Assembly (NCBI GenBank): GCA_038316815.1 | Contig: JBBQAW010000001.1 | Coordinates: 2,189-66,188 of the forward strand | Origin: Burkholderiales bacterium | Lineage (GTDB): Bacteria > Pseudomonadota > Gammaproteobacteria > Burkholderiales > Burkholderiaceae_C | Reading direction: 5' to 3' | DNA: 64,000 nt | Part shown: in pieces, positions 17,941-27,142 of the stretch | How the letters are laid out: each line of letters starts with the position of its first letter | How positions within the stretch are numbered: the stretch's first letter is position 1 | Translations under genes and position numbers: made by a program | Notes under the pieces: model-generated | What the model saw: the letters and a program-made list of their open reading frames with translations, nothing else | What the model was told of the DNA's origin: nothing | Database searches by the model: none

Positions 17941-20844
17941 TTGTTCAAGTTTCTCTCCCGCGCGCCGCTGCACGACCCCATCGCTTCGCCACGGCCGAAC
18001 GCCGTCAACGAGATGAAGACCACCACCTGCTACATGTGCGCCTGCCGCTGCGGCATACGCGTGCACTTGCAGGACGGTGAACTGCGCTACATCGACGGCA
18101 ACCCCGAGCACCCGCTGAACAAGGGCGTGATCTGCGCCAAGGGCGCGGCCGGCATCCAGAAGCAGAAATCGCCCGCACGGCTGACGCAGCCGCTGCTGCG
18201 CAAGCCCGGCGGCGCACGCGGCGCCGGTGAATTCGAGCCCATCAGCTGGGAACGAACCTTTCAGATTCTGGAAGACCGTCTGCGCCACATCCGCGCCACC
18301 GACCCGAAGAAGTTCGCGCTCTTCACCGGCCGCGACCAGATGCAGGCGCTGACAGGTCTGTTCGCACGCCAGTTCGGCACGCCCAACTACGCGGCGCACG
18401 GCGGCTTCTGTTCGGTGAACATGGCCGCCGGAATGATCTACACCATCGGTGGCAGTTTCTGGGAATTCGGCGGCCCCGACCTGGAGCGCGCCAAGCTGTT
18501 CGTGATGATCGGCACGGCCGAAGACCACCACAGCAACCCGATGAAGATGGCACTGGGCAAGTTCAAACGCAACGGCGGGCGCTTCATCTCCATCAACCCG
18601 GTGCGCACAGGTTATTCGGCCATTGCCGACGAGTGGATTCCCATCCGCCCGGGTACGGATGGCGCGCTGTTCATGGCGCTGCTGCACGAGCTGATCCGCA
18701 CCGATCTGATCGACCACGCGTTTCTGAAGCGCTACACCAATGCGCCGCAGCTGGTGGTGCTGGCGACGGAGGGTGCAAGCGGCGAGCGTGAAGGCCTGTT
18801 CGCCTTCGACCCGAACCCTGAAAAGGGCCCGCCCGGCGACGGCCGCCACCCGCACAACAAGCTGGTTTTTGAGAACGTCTCGCAAACGGTGATGGCCGCC
18901 TACCCCGAAGGCATCGCGCCCGGTGCCGACCCGGCCATCGAAGGCCACTACACGCTGACCGACGGCACGCCGGTGGCGCCATCGTTCCAGCTGCTGCGCG
19001 AGCGCGTGGCCACGTGCACGCCACAGTGGGCGGCCGAGATCACGGGCATTCCAGCCGAGCGCATCGTCAAGCTGGCGCAGGAACTGGGCACCACGGCGCT
19101 GCACCAGGCCTTCGAGCTGCCGATCCCGTGGACGGACGCCTGGGGTACAGAACACGCCAGCGTGCAGGGCCGCCCGGTGGCCTTTCACGCCATGCGCGGG
19201 CTGGCGGCGCACAGCAACGGCTTCCAGACCGTGCGTGCGCTGGCCGTGCTGATGAGCGTGCTGGGTACCATCGATGCACCCGGTGGCTTTCGCCACAAGG
19301 CGCCGTACCCGCGGCACATCGTGCCCAACTTCCGCGCCTTCAATTCGCCGGACATGATCAAGCCCAACACGCCACTGAACGCCGCGCCGCTGGGCTTTCC
19401 GGCCAGCCCCGATGAACTGGCCATCTGCGCTGACGGCACGCCCATGCGCATCGACCACGCCTTTTCGTGGGAACACCCGTTGTCGGCCCACGGGCTGATG
19501 CACACCGTCATCACCAATGCCACGCGCGGCGACCCTTACCGCATCGACACCCTGTTGATCTTCATGGCCAACATGGCCTGGAATTCGACGATGAACACGA
19601 TGGCCGTGCGCGAGATGCTGAACGCGAAAAACGCCGATGGTGATTTCCAGATTCCCTTCCTGGTGGTCTGCGACGCCTTCCAGAGCGAGATGGTGGCCTT
19701 CGCCGACCTGGTGCTGCCTGATACCACCTACCTGGAACGTCACGACGTGATGGGCATGCTGGACCGGCCGATCAGCGATTTCGACGGCCCCGTCGATTCG
19801 GTGCGCGTGCCGGTGCTGCCGCCCACCGCCCAGTGCCGGCCGTTCCAGGAAGTGCTGGTGGAACTGGCCTCGCGGCTGAAGTTCCCGGCCTTCACCACGC
19901 CTGAGGGCGCGCGCAAGTTCAAGGACTACCCTGACTTTGTCGTCAACTTCGAGTCCGCCCCCGGCATCGGCTTCCTGATGGGCTGGCGCGGCAAGGACGG
20001 CACCGAGCACCTGCGCGGCGCGCCCAACCCCAAGCAGTGGGAGATGTACGCCAAGAACAACTGCGTCTTCCAGCACCCCCTGCCCGACACCATGCACTAC
20101 ATGCGCAACTGGAACCGCGCGTACCTGGACTTCGCGAAGGACAAAGGCTGGCGGCAGAAGAACGATGTCGTGCAACTGGCGCTGTACAGCGACACGCTGC
20201 AGAGCTTTCGCCTGGCAGCGCAAGGCAAGACCCGCGGCCGCCAGCCGCCCGAGCACCTGCGCGAACGCATCGCCACCTACTTCGACCCCCTGCCCTTCTG
20301 GTACCCGCCGCTGGAACACGCGGCGGTGGACACCGCTGCTTACCCGCTGGCGGCCATCACGCAGCGGCCGATGGCGCAGTACCACAGCTGGGATTCGCAG
20401 AACGAATGGCTGCGGCAGATTCACAGCCACAACTACCTGCACGTGAACCCGGTCACCGCGCAGGCCGCCGGCATCGCTGACGGCGGGTGGTGCTGGGTCG
20501 AAAGCGCCTGGGGGAAAGTGCGCTGCATGCTGCGCTACAGCGAAGCCGTCGAGCCCGGTACGGTGTGGACCTGGAATGCCATCGGCAAGGCCGACGGCGC
20601 CTGGCAGTTGGCCCCCGGCGCCGACGAAGCGCGCAAAGGCTTCCTGCTGAACCACCTGATCAACGACGAACTGCCCACCGCCGACGGCGGCCGCATCAGC
20701 AATTCCGACCCCATCACCGGGCAGGCCGGCTGGTACGACGTGCGGGTGCGCATCCGCCCGGCCGACCCCGAGGAGCCCGAAGTTTCGTCGCCGCAAGCGC
20801 GCGTGGCGCACCGGGTGGACACGGCGCGAAAGGACCGGCCATGA
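17941..20844 (+). CDS. soeA: Sulfite dehydrogenase (quinone), molybdopterin subunit
   Basis: TTCYMCACRCG Fe-S motif, no Tat signal, AAHGGFCSVNMAAG, AEDHHSNP, YHSWDSQN and SDPITGQAGWYD. Confidence 0.88.
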   Translation: MFKFLSRAPLHDPIASPRPNAVNEMKTTTCYMCACRCGIRVHLQDGELRYIDGNPEHPLNKGVICAKGAAGIQKQKSPARLTQPLLRKPGGARGAGEFEPISWERTFQILEDRLRHIRATDPKKFALFTGRDQMQALTGLFARQFGTPNYAAHGGFCSVNMAAGMIYTIGGSFWEFGGPDLERAKLFVMIGTAEDHHSNPMKMALGKFKRNGGRFISINPVRTGYSAIADEWIPIRPGTDGALFMALLHELIRTDLIDHAFLKRYTNAPQLVVLATEGASGEREGLFAFDPNPEKGPPGDGRHPHNKLVFENVSQTVMAAYPEGIAPGADPAIEGHYTLTDGTPVAPSFQLLRERVATCTPQWAAEITGIPAERIVKLAQELGTTALHQAFELPIPWTDAWGTEHASVQGRPVAFHAMRGLAAHSNGFQTVRALAVLMSVLGTIDAPGGFRHKAPYPRHIVPNFRAFNSPDMIKPNTPLNAAPLGFPASPDELAICADGTPMRIDHAFSWEHPLSAHGLMHTVITNATRGDPYRIDTLLIFMANMAWNSTMNTMAVREMLNAKNADGDFQIPFLVVCDAFQSEMVAFADLVLPDTTYLERHDVMGMLDRPISDFDGPVDSVRVPVLPPTAQCRPFQEVLVELASRLKFPAFTTPEGARKFKDYPDFVVNFESAPGIGFLMGWRGKDGTEHLRGAPNPKQWEMYAKNNCVFQHPLPDTMHYMRNWNRAYLDFAKDKGWRQKNDVVQLALYSDTLQSFRLAAQGKTRGRQPPEHLRERIATYFDPLPFWYPPLEHAAVDTAAYPLAAITQRPMAQYHSWDSQNEWLRQIHSHNYLHVNPVTAQAAGIADGGWCWVESAWGKVRCMLRYSEAVEPGTVWTWNAIGKADGAWQLAPGADEARKGFLLNHLINDELPTADGGRISNSDPITGQAGWYDVRVRIRPADPEEPEVSSPQARVAHRVDTARKDRP

Positions 20845-21596
20845 TCGCCTGGCTGAAAAGCATGCTGCAAAGCAACGCGCTGAATGAGACCCCGACGCCG
20901 AGTGCACCCCTGGTGGGCGAGAAGACGCTGGCGCGCCAACTGGCGCTGGTGATCGACCTGAACGTGTGCGTGGGCTGCCATGCCTGCGTCACGTCCTGCA
21001 AGGAATGGAACAACGGCGGCGCAGCCGGGCCGCTGAGCGACCAGAACGCGCGCAGCGCCAACCCCAGCGGGACCTTCTTCAACCGGGTGCAGACCTATGA
21101 AGCCGGCAGCTTCCCGCTGACCGAGACCATCCACTTCCCCAAGAGCTGCCTGCACTGCGAAGACCCGCCCTGCGTGCCGGTGTGCCCCACCGGCGCCAGC
21201 TACAAACGCGCCGAAGACGGCATCGTGCTGGTCGACGCCGACAAGTGCATCGGCTGCAAATACTGCGCCTGGGCCTGCCCCTACGGCGCCCGCGAACTGG
21301 ACGAAGAGAGCCAGGTGATGACCAAGTGCACGCTGTGCGTCGACCGTATTTACGACGCCAGCATGTCGGCTGCAGACCGCCAGCCGGCCTGCGTCAAGGC
21401 TTGCCCCACCGGCGCGCGGCTGTTCGGCGACGTGAAAGACCCCGAGAGCGAGGTTTCGCAAGCCATCCGCGACCGCGGTGGCTATGCGCTGATGCCGGAA
21501 TGGAACACGCAGCCGGCGAACCAGTACTTGCCGCGCCGGCCGACCACGGCGGTGGGCGCCAACAAGCCGCTGCCTTCAGAACGCGACCGCAGCTGA
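20841..21596 (+). CDS. soeB: Sulfite dehydrogenase iron-sulfur subunit
   Basis: Four Cys clusters (CVGCHACVTSC, CLHCEDPPCVPVC, CIGCKYCAWAC, CTLC...CVKAC); ATGA overlap with soeA. Confidence 0.88.
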   Translation: MIAWLKSMLQSNALNETPTPSAPLVGEKTLARQLALVIDLNVCVGCHACVTSCKEWNNGGAAGPLSDQNARSANPSGTFFNRVQTYEAGSFPLTETIHFPKSCLHCEDPPCVPVCPTGASYKRAEDGIVLVDADKCIGCKYCAWACPYGARELDEESQVMTKCTLCVDRIYDASMSAADRQPACVKACPTGARLFGDVKDPESEVSQAIRDRGGYALMPEWNTQPANQYLPRRPTTAVGANKPLPSERDRS

Positions 21597-21620
21597 CATG
21601 CCTGCCGCCCTGCCGCTGCC

Positions 21621-22559
21621 ATGAACCCCGCCTTCTCCGTCATCGTCTTCACCACCGTGGCAGGCCTAGCGCAGGGCCTGGTCGTGGCGCTGGCGCTGGC
21701 CGCGCTGGGCGGGGTGCCGTTGCAGCAACCGCAGTTCGCCCCGGTCATGCTGGGCGCGGCCCTGGTGCTGCTGCTGGTGGGGCTGGGCGCGTCGTTCCTG
21801 CACCTGGGGCGGCCAGAGCGGGCCTGGCGCGCGGCGATGATGTGGCGCACCTCGTGGCTGTCGCGTGAAGTCATCGTGCTCCCGGCCTTGATCGGCACGC
21901 TGCTGCTGTGGTGGCTGGGCCTGCGCGCGGGCAGCGCCAACGTGTGGGTGAACACGCTCTTGCCGCTGGCCGTGCTGGCGCTGTCTGCGTTACTGTGGTG
22001 GTGTACGGCGATGATCTACGCCTGCTTGCGCTTCATCCAGGAATGGGCCCACCCCTTGACGCTTGTGAACTTCACCCTGGCCGGCCTGTCGTCGGGCTTC
22101 CTGCTGGCCGCGGCTGCGGCGGCCCTACACGACGAAACCGGACTGGCGCGTGTCGTAGGTCCAGCAGCGCTGGTGGCCACGCTGCTGGCCGGCGCGCTGC
22201 GCTGGGCGGCGCTGCAGCGCAACGCCGCGCTGCGGCCGGTCAGCACCCTGCAGTCGGCCACCGGCATCCAGGCGCCGCAATTGCGGCAGGTGTCGATGGG
22301 CATGTCGGCCGGGGCTTTCAATACGCGCGAGTTCTTCCATCGCGCCACGCAGGCCGGCCTGCGGCGCATCCGCTACGCCAGCCTGGGCCTGGGGTTCTTG
22401 CTGCCGGCATGGCTGGCGGTCTGGGGGCTGTACGCGGGCGGCGTGTGGCCCTGGGTGGCGGCCGTGCTGGTGCAAGTGCCTGGCCTGATGGCCGACCGCT
22501 GGCTGTTCTTCGCGCAGGCCCGGCACCCACAGAACCTGTACTACCAGGTCGTGTCCTGA
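21621..22559 (+). CDS. soeC: DmsC/NrfD-type membrane anchor of sulfite dehydrogenase
   Basis: MNPAFSVIVFTT, SFLHLGRPERAWRA...SWLSRE and RWLFFAQARH. Confidence 0.87.
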   Translation: MNPAFSVIVFTTVAGLAQGLVVALALAALGGVPLQQPQFAPVMLGAALVLLLVGLGASFLHLGRPERAWRAAMMWRTSWLSREVIVLPALIGTLLLWWLGLRAGSANVWVNTLLPLAVLALSALLWWCTAMIYACLRFIQEWAHPLTLVNFTLAGLSSGFLLAAAAAALHDETGLARVVGPAALVATLLAGALRWAALQRNAALRPVSTLQSATGIQAPQLRQVSMGMSAGAFNTREFFHRATQAGLRRIRYASLGLGFLLPAWLAVWGLYAGGVWPWVAAVLVQVPGLMADRWLFFAQARHPQNLYYQVVS

Positions 22560-22572
22560 GGCGGGAAACAAG

Positions 22573-24396
22573 ATGCCTGCGCTGATGGACCCGGCAGCCA
22601 GGCTCTTCGGGCCCTGGGTGCGCACGGTGGGCGCAGCCACGCTGCGCGCCGACCTGGGGGCCGGCCTGCTGGGCGCGCTGCTGGTGCTGCCGCAGGCTTT
22701 TGCGTTCGCCACGCTGGCTGGCCTGCCGCCGCAGTACGGCCTGTACACCGCCATCGTGCCCTGCATCGTGGCGGCCTTGTTCGGCAGCAGCCTGCATGTG
22801 ATGTCGGGGCCGACGAACGCCAACTCGCTGGCGCTGGCCGCCACGCTGGCGCCGCTGGCGGTGATCGGTTCGGCCGGCTACATCGAACTGGCACTGGCGG
22901 TGACGGTCATCGTCGGCCTGATGCAGCTGTTGATTGGCGGCCTGCGGCTGGGGGCGATAGCCAACTTCCTGTCGCCAGCGGCGCTGCGCGGCTTCATGAG
23001 CGGCGCTGCGCTGTTGATCGTGCTGCACGCCATCCCCGACCTGCTTGGCTTACCCGCACCCCGCGGCGCGGGCCCGCTGCAGCTGCTGGAGCACACCGGG
23101 GCCCATCTGCAACAGGTGGCGCCTGCTGCGCTGGCCATCGGCGTCTTGACGCTGGCCGTGGCGCTGGCGCTGAAGCTCTGGCTGCCGCGCACCCCCTACC
23201 TTTTGCTGGCGATGGCTGCAGGCACCCTGGCAGCGTTCGCCCTGAACCACATGCCGCTCTTGCACGGCTTGCGCGGCTTGCCCGGGCAGACCCACGGGCT
23301 CCAACCGGTGGCCGTGGTGGGCGCCATCCCGCCCATTTGGCCCACCCTGCACTTGCCCCAGGTGGACTGGCGTTCGCTGCCCGATTTGGTGGGCATCTCG
23401 TTCGCGCTGACCATCGTCGCGCTCGGCCAGTCCATATCCATCGCCAAGGCGGTTGCAGAACGGTCGGGTCAGCAGATATCGACCAACCGCGAATTCGTGG
23501 GCCAGGGCCTGAGCAACGTGGTCGGCGGTTTCTTCCAGTGCTATGTCTCCTGCGGTTCGCTGAACCGCTCGATGCCGAACATCGAGGCCGGCGCGCGCAC
23601 GCCGCTGGCCGCCGTGTTCTCCGCCCTGCTGCTGCTGGCGCTGATTGCCGTCAGCGCGCCGCTGCTGGCGCAGATTCCGTACCCAACCATCGCCGCGCTG
23701 CTGTTGCTGATTGCCTGGTCGCTGTTCGATGTGCCGGGCTGGCGCCGCCTTTGGCAGGCCAGCCACAGCGACTTCGCCATCGCTGCGGCCACCGCGTTGG
23801 CCACCGTCAGCATCCGCATCGAGATGGCCATCCTGCTGGGCACCATCCTGTCGCTGGTGATCTACCTGCACCGCACGTCCAAACCGGCGATGCGCACGAT
23901 GGGCTTCGACACCATGGCGCCCGGGCGCAGCATGGTGATGCTGGCCGACGCCGCCGCGCCGCTGCCCGAATGCCCGCAGCTGAAGATGCTGCGCATGGAA
24001 GGCGAGGTCTACTTCGGTGCCGTGCCCTGGGTGAGCGACCAGCTGCGTGACCTGCGCACGCCGCAAGGCGCGCAGCGCCACCTGCTGGTGATGGCCAAGA
24101 GCATGAACTTCATCGATCTGGCGGCGGCCGACATGTGGCGGCAGGAACTGACGGCGCGCCGCGCGATGGGCGGCGACCTGTACTTCCACCGCCCGCGCCC
24201 GCAGGTGTTGCAGCTGTGGGCACGGCTGGGCTTCATGCGGGACCTGGGTGCCGACCACGTGTTCCCGAGCAAGCGCGATGCCATTGGCGGCATCTTCCCG
24301 CGGCTGGACGCGGCCATCTGCGCGAACTGCACGGTGCGGCTGTACCGGGAATGCCAGAGCCTGCCGAAGCCGGGCGACAGCGGGCCGACCGTTTAG
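22573..24396 (+). CDS. SulP/SLC26 anion transporter with STAS domain
   Basis: LPQAFAFATLAGLPPQYGLY, NREFVGQGLSN, GSLNRS and STAS YFGA...MNFIDLAA. Confidence 0.9.
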   Translation: MPALMDPAARLFGPWVRTVGAATLRADLGAGLLGALLVLPQAFAFATLAGLPPQYGLYTAIVPCIVAALFGSSLHVMSGPTNANSLALAATLAPLAVIGSAGYIELALAVTVIVGLMQLLIGGLRLGAIANFLSPAALRGFMSGAALLIVLHAIPDLLGLPAPRGAGPLQLLEHTGAHLQQVAPAALAIGVLTLAVALALKLWLPRTPYLLLAMAAGTLAAFALNHMPLLHGLRGLPGQTHGLQPVAVVGAIPPIWPTLHLPQVDWRSLPDLVGISFALTIVALGQSISIAKAVAERSGQQISTNREFVGQGLSNVVGGFFQCYVSCGSLNRSMPNIEAGARTPLAAVFSALLLLALIAVSAPLLAQIPYPTIAALLLLIAWSLFDVPGWRRLWQASHSDFAIAAATALATVSIRIEMAILLGTILSLVIYLHRTSKPAMRTMGFDTMAPGRSMVMLADAAAPLPECPQLKMLRMEGEVYFGAVPWVSDQLRDLRTPQGAQRHLLVMAKSMNFIDLAAADMWRQELTARRAMGGDLYFHRPRPQVLQLWARLGFMRDLGADHVFPSKRDAIGGIFPRLDAAICANCTVRLYRECQSLPKPGDSGPTV

Positions 24397-24415
24397 TTGC
24401 CGATGCCGGCGCCCG

Positions 24416-25153
24416 TCACACCAGCAGAACGCCCAGAGCCACACCGCACATCAACAGCATGGTCAGTTGCCGAAAGCGCTGGTCGCTGAAACGTGAAAAC
24501 AACCGGGTGCCGGCCAGCACGCCCAGCACGAAAGCTGGCGCCAGCAGCAGCGCGGTGTATCCGGTGGCCACGGTGAGCACGCCCGTGGCTGCCAGCATCA
24601 CCAGGCCGGCAGCGGAGATCAACACCAGGTACAAACTGAGGTTGGCGCGCGTCACGGCCGCCGGGTCGGGCCCGGACAGCAGGTACAGGATGACCGGCGG
24701 CCCGCCGATGCTGGTGGCACCCAGCATCGCACCGCTGAGCGTGCCCAGCGCCAGCGAAGTACCCAGCCGCTGTCGGCCCTGGTAACGCAGGCCCGACAAC
24801 ATCGCCAGCGAGAACAGCACCACGGTGCCGGCGATCAGCCGGCGCAGCGTCAGCGCGTCGGCCACGGCCAGCAGCCAGCCACCCAGCGGCACGGCCAGCA
24901 CAGCCGCAGCCCCGATGGGCCCGATCACGCGCCAACTGGCAATGCGCGCGGCTGCGGGCAGCATGCTCAGTGCCGCAAACGTCTCGAGCAGCAGCGTCAC
25001 CGGCACGGCCACGCGCGGGCCCAGCAGCAGCGCCAGCGGCGGCGTCATCACCATCGCCGCACCAAAGCCCGTGGTGCCGCGCACCAGGCCGCCCATCAGC
25101 GCGATAACCAGCGCCCAGGCCAGCGTGCTGTCAAGGGCTGGCATCCAGTGCAT
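24416..25153 (-). CDS. TauE/SafE family sulfite/organosulfonate exporter
   Basis: GLVRGTTGFG, second repeat SGAMLGATSIGGPP, about 8 transmembrane segments. Confidence 0.85.
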   Translation of the reverse strand: MHWMPALDSTLAWALVIALMGGLVRGTTGFGAAMVMTPPLALLLGPRVAVPVTLLLETFAALSMLPAAARIASWRVIGPIGAAAVLAVPLGGWLLAVADALTLRRLIAGTVVLFSLAMLSGLRYQGRQRLGTSLALGTLSGAMLGATSIGGPPVILYLLSGPDPAAVTRANLSLYLVLISAAGLVMLAATGVLTVATGYTALLLAPAFVLGVLAGTRLFSRFSDQRFRQLTMLLMCGVALGVLLV

Positions 25154-25154
25154 T

Positions 25155-25301
25155 GTTCGACGCTATGTGGAACATCAAACCGCGTCTTGGGTCGCCTGGA
25201 GTCGTTGCAAATCCGCGCGATGCAAAAGAGCATCGCTGTGGTTTGCGCCTGGCCAGACAACCCAATCCATCGGTTTTCTTAAGTTCCACATAGTGTCGAA
25301 C
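25155..25301. promoter_or_regulatory. Pair of 19-bp imperfect palindromes in inverted orientation (25155-25173 and 25283-25301)
   Basis: GTTCGACGCTATGTGGAAC versus the reverse complement of GTTCCACATAGTGTCGAAC: 18 of 19 identical. Confidence 0.6.
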
Positions 25302-25380
25302 ACTCCACTAGCGCGCGGCGGCCTCGTCCAGCGCCGCCTCCGGGTGGGTCAGCGCGCGCAACGGGTTCCGCCAGGCGAAG

Positions 25381-26178
25381 TCAGGCCTGAGCCGCAACGG
25401 CATTGGGTACTTCAGCCAGGTCGAACTCGTCGTGGATAAGGTCGCGGATGCGCGCCTTCATGGCCACGAACGCGGGCGACTCTTCCTGGCGCGGGCGCGG
25501 CATGTCGACCTCGATGTTGGCCTTCACGCGCCCGGGCCGCCGCGTCATGACGATGATGCGATCGGACAGCTTGATCGCCTCTTCGATCGAATGCGTCACC
25601 AGCACCATGGTCTTTTGCTGCTTGATGAAGATGCGCACCATCTCGTCTTGCAGCATGCTGCGGTTTTGCGCGTCCAGCGCGGCAAAGGGCTCGTCCATCA
25701 GCAGTACCGAAGGGTCCACCGCCAACGCACGCGCGATCGCCACACGCTGGCGCATGCCGCCCGACAGCTGGTGCGGGTAACGGTTCTCGAAGCCTGTCAG
25801 CCCCACCAGTTCGATCTGCCTTTGCGCCAAACGCTGCTGTTCAGGAAATGGCAGCCTCTTCACCTTCAACCCGAAGCTGACGTTACCCATTACCGTGAGC
25901 CAGGGGAAAAGCGCGTAGTCCTGAAAGATCATGGCGCGTTCCCAGCCCGGCGGGCCGACGGGTTTGCCGTCCAGCGTGATGCGGCCCAGGGTGGCAGCAT
26001 CGAAGCCGGCCATGATGTTGAGCAAGGTGGTCTTGCCGCAGCCCGAGTGGCCCAGGATCGAGCAGAACTCGTTGTCGTTGACGGTGAAGGACACATCGGC
26101 CAGCGCCTTCACCGGATCATCAGATGAACTGTGCCCGGGGTAGATCTTGACCACGTTCTGAACCTGTAAAACGCCCAT
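25381..26178 (-). CDS. ABC transporter ATP-binding protein, NitT/TauT family
   Basis: [27 protein letters not shown] and VTHSIEEA. Confidence 0.93.
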   Translation of the reverse strand: MGVLQVQNVVKIYPGHSSSDDPVKALADVSFTVNDNEFCSILGHSGCGKTTLLNIMAGFDAATLGRITLDGKPVGPPGWERAMIFQDYALFPWLTVMGNVSFGLKVKRLPFPEQQRLAQRQIELVGLTGFENRYPHQLSGGMRQRVAIARALAVDPSVLLMDEPFAALDAQNRSMLQDEMVRIFIKQQKTMVLVTHSIEEAIKLSDRIIVMTRRPGRVKANIEVDMPRPRQEESPAFVAMKARIRDLIHDEFDLAEVPNAVAAQA

Positions 26179-26188
26179 CGCCGATCTC

Positions 26189-27043
26189 CTACTTCGTCAT
26201 CGCCAAAGACCAGGGCAGCAGCTTCTTGGCCGTCCAGCGCAGGCCCTGGTCGATCATCAACCCGGCTGCGCCGATCGACACCATGCCCACCAGGATGATG
26301 TCGGTGCGCAGCACGCTGCGGGCATCAGAAATCAGCCAGCCCAGGCCGGACGTGGCGCCCACCAGTTCGGCTGCCACCAGCGCCATCCAGCCCACGCCCA
26401 GGCCGACGCGAATGCCGGTGATGATCTGGGGCATGGCCGCACGAAACACGACCTTGAGCAACACGTCCATTTCAGACGCACCCAGACAGCGCGCAGCGCG
26501 CACCACGTTGTGTTCGACGTTCTTGACGCCGGCGATGGTGTTGATCAACAAGGGGAAAAAGATGCCCAGGAAGATGATGAACTGGTTTTGCAGGTCACCG
26601 ATGCCGAACCACAGGATGGCCAGCGGAATCCAGGCGATGGGCGGTATGGGGCGCAACATCTCGAACACCGGTTCGAGCAGGCTTTGGGCGGTCTTGGACC
26701 AGCCCATCAGGATGCCGATGGGAATGGCGGACGAGGCGTAGACAAAGGCGACCAGTTCGCGCTTCAGGCTGGCCCAGAAGTGCTTGGCCAGTTCGCCGGA
26801 CTGGATCAGTTCCCAGGCCGCGGCCAGCACCTCGGTGGGCGGCGGCATCAGCGTCACCAGATTGGCGTCCACCCTGGGCAAGACCACCGAGGAAATAAGC
26901 TGCCACAGCCCGAAGAAGCCGACCAGGCCCAGCACACGGGCGCTGCGGTCGAACCAACCCGGCGCGCGCTGCAGCGCATTCAGGGCGGCGCGTTCGTCCG
27001 CGGTCAGTGTGCTGGCAGAGGCAAAGGTGGCCTGCTCAGGCAT
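26189..27043 (-). CDS. ABC transporter permease, NitT/TauT family
   Basis: LRPIPPIAWIPLAILWFGIG, EAA-like loop RAARCLGAS and LVAAELVGA. Confidence 0.93.
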   Translation of the reverse strand: MPEQATFASASTLTADERAALNALQRAPGWFDRSARVLGLVGFFGLWQLISSVVLPRVDANLVTLMPPPTEVLAAAWELIQSGELAKHFWASLKRELVAFVYASSAIPIGILMGWSKTAQSLLEPVFEMLRPIPPIAWIPLAILWFGIGDLQNQFIIFLGIFFPLLINTIAGVKNVEHNVVRAARCLGASEMDVLLKVVFRAAMPQIITGIRVGLGVGWMALVAAELVGATSGLGWLISDARSVLRTDIILVGMVSIGAAGLMIDQGLRWTAKKLLPWSLAMTK

Positions 27044-27116
27044 GGTGGTCTCTCATGAAAGGGATGAAGTCGACAGGGCCAGGGCCAGGTAGGTGCTGGG
27101 TAAGAGCTGGCCAAAA

Positions 27117-27138
27117 GCTGGGGCGCCTAGGCCCCAGC
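27117..27138. other. GC-rich hairpin between the binding-protein and permease genes
   Basis: GCTGGGGC-GCCTAG-GCCCCAGC; position typical of mRNA-stabilising stem-loops in ABC operons. Confidence 0.4.
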
Positions 27139-27142
27139 AAGA

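Noticed and set aside
17719-20907. 1062-aa minus-strand ORF and other long antisense ORFs (14663-17014, 7691-9559, 59527-61512)
   Set aside because: Shadow frames of well-supported genes in high-GC DNA, with no recognisable motifs.
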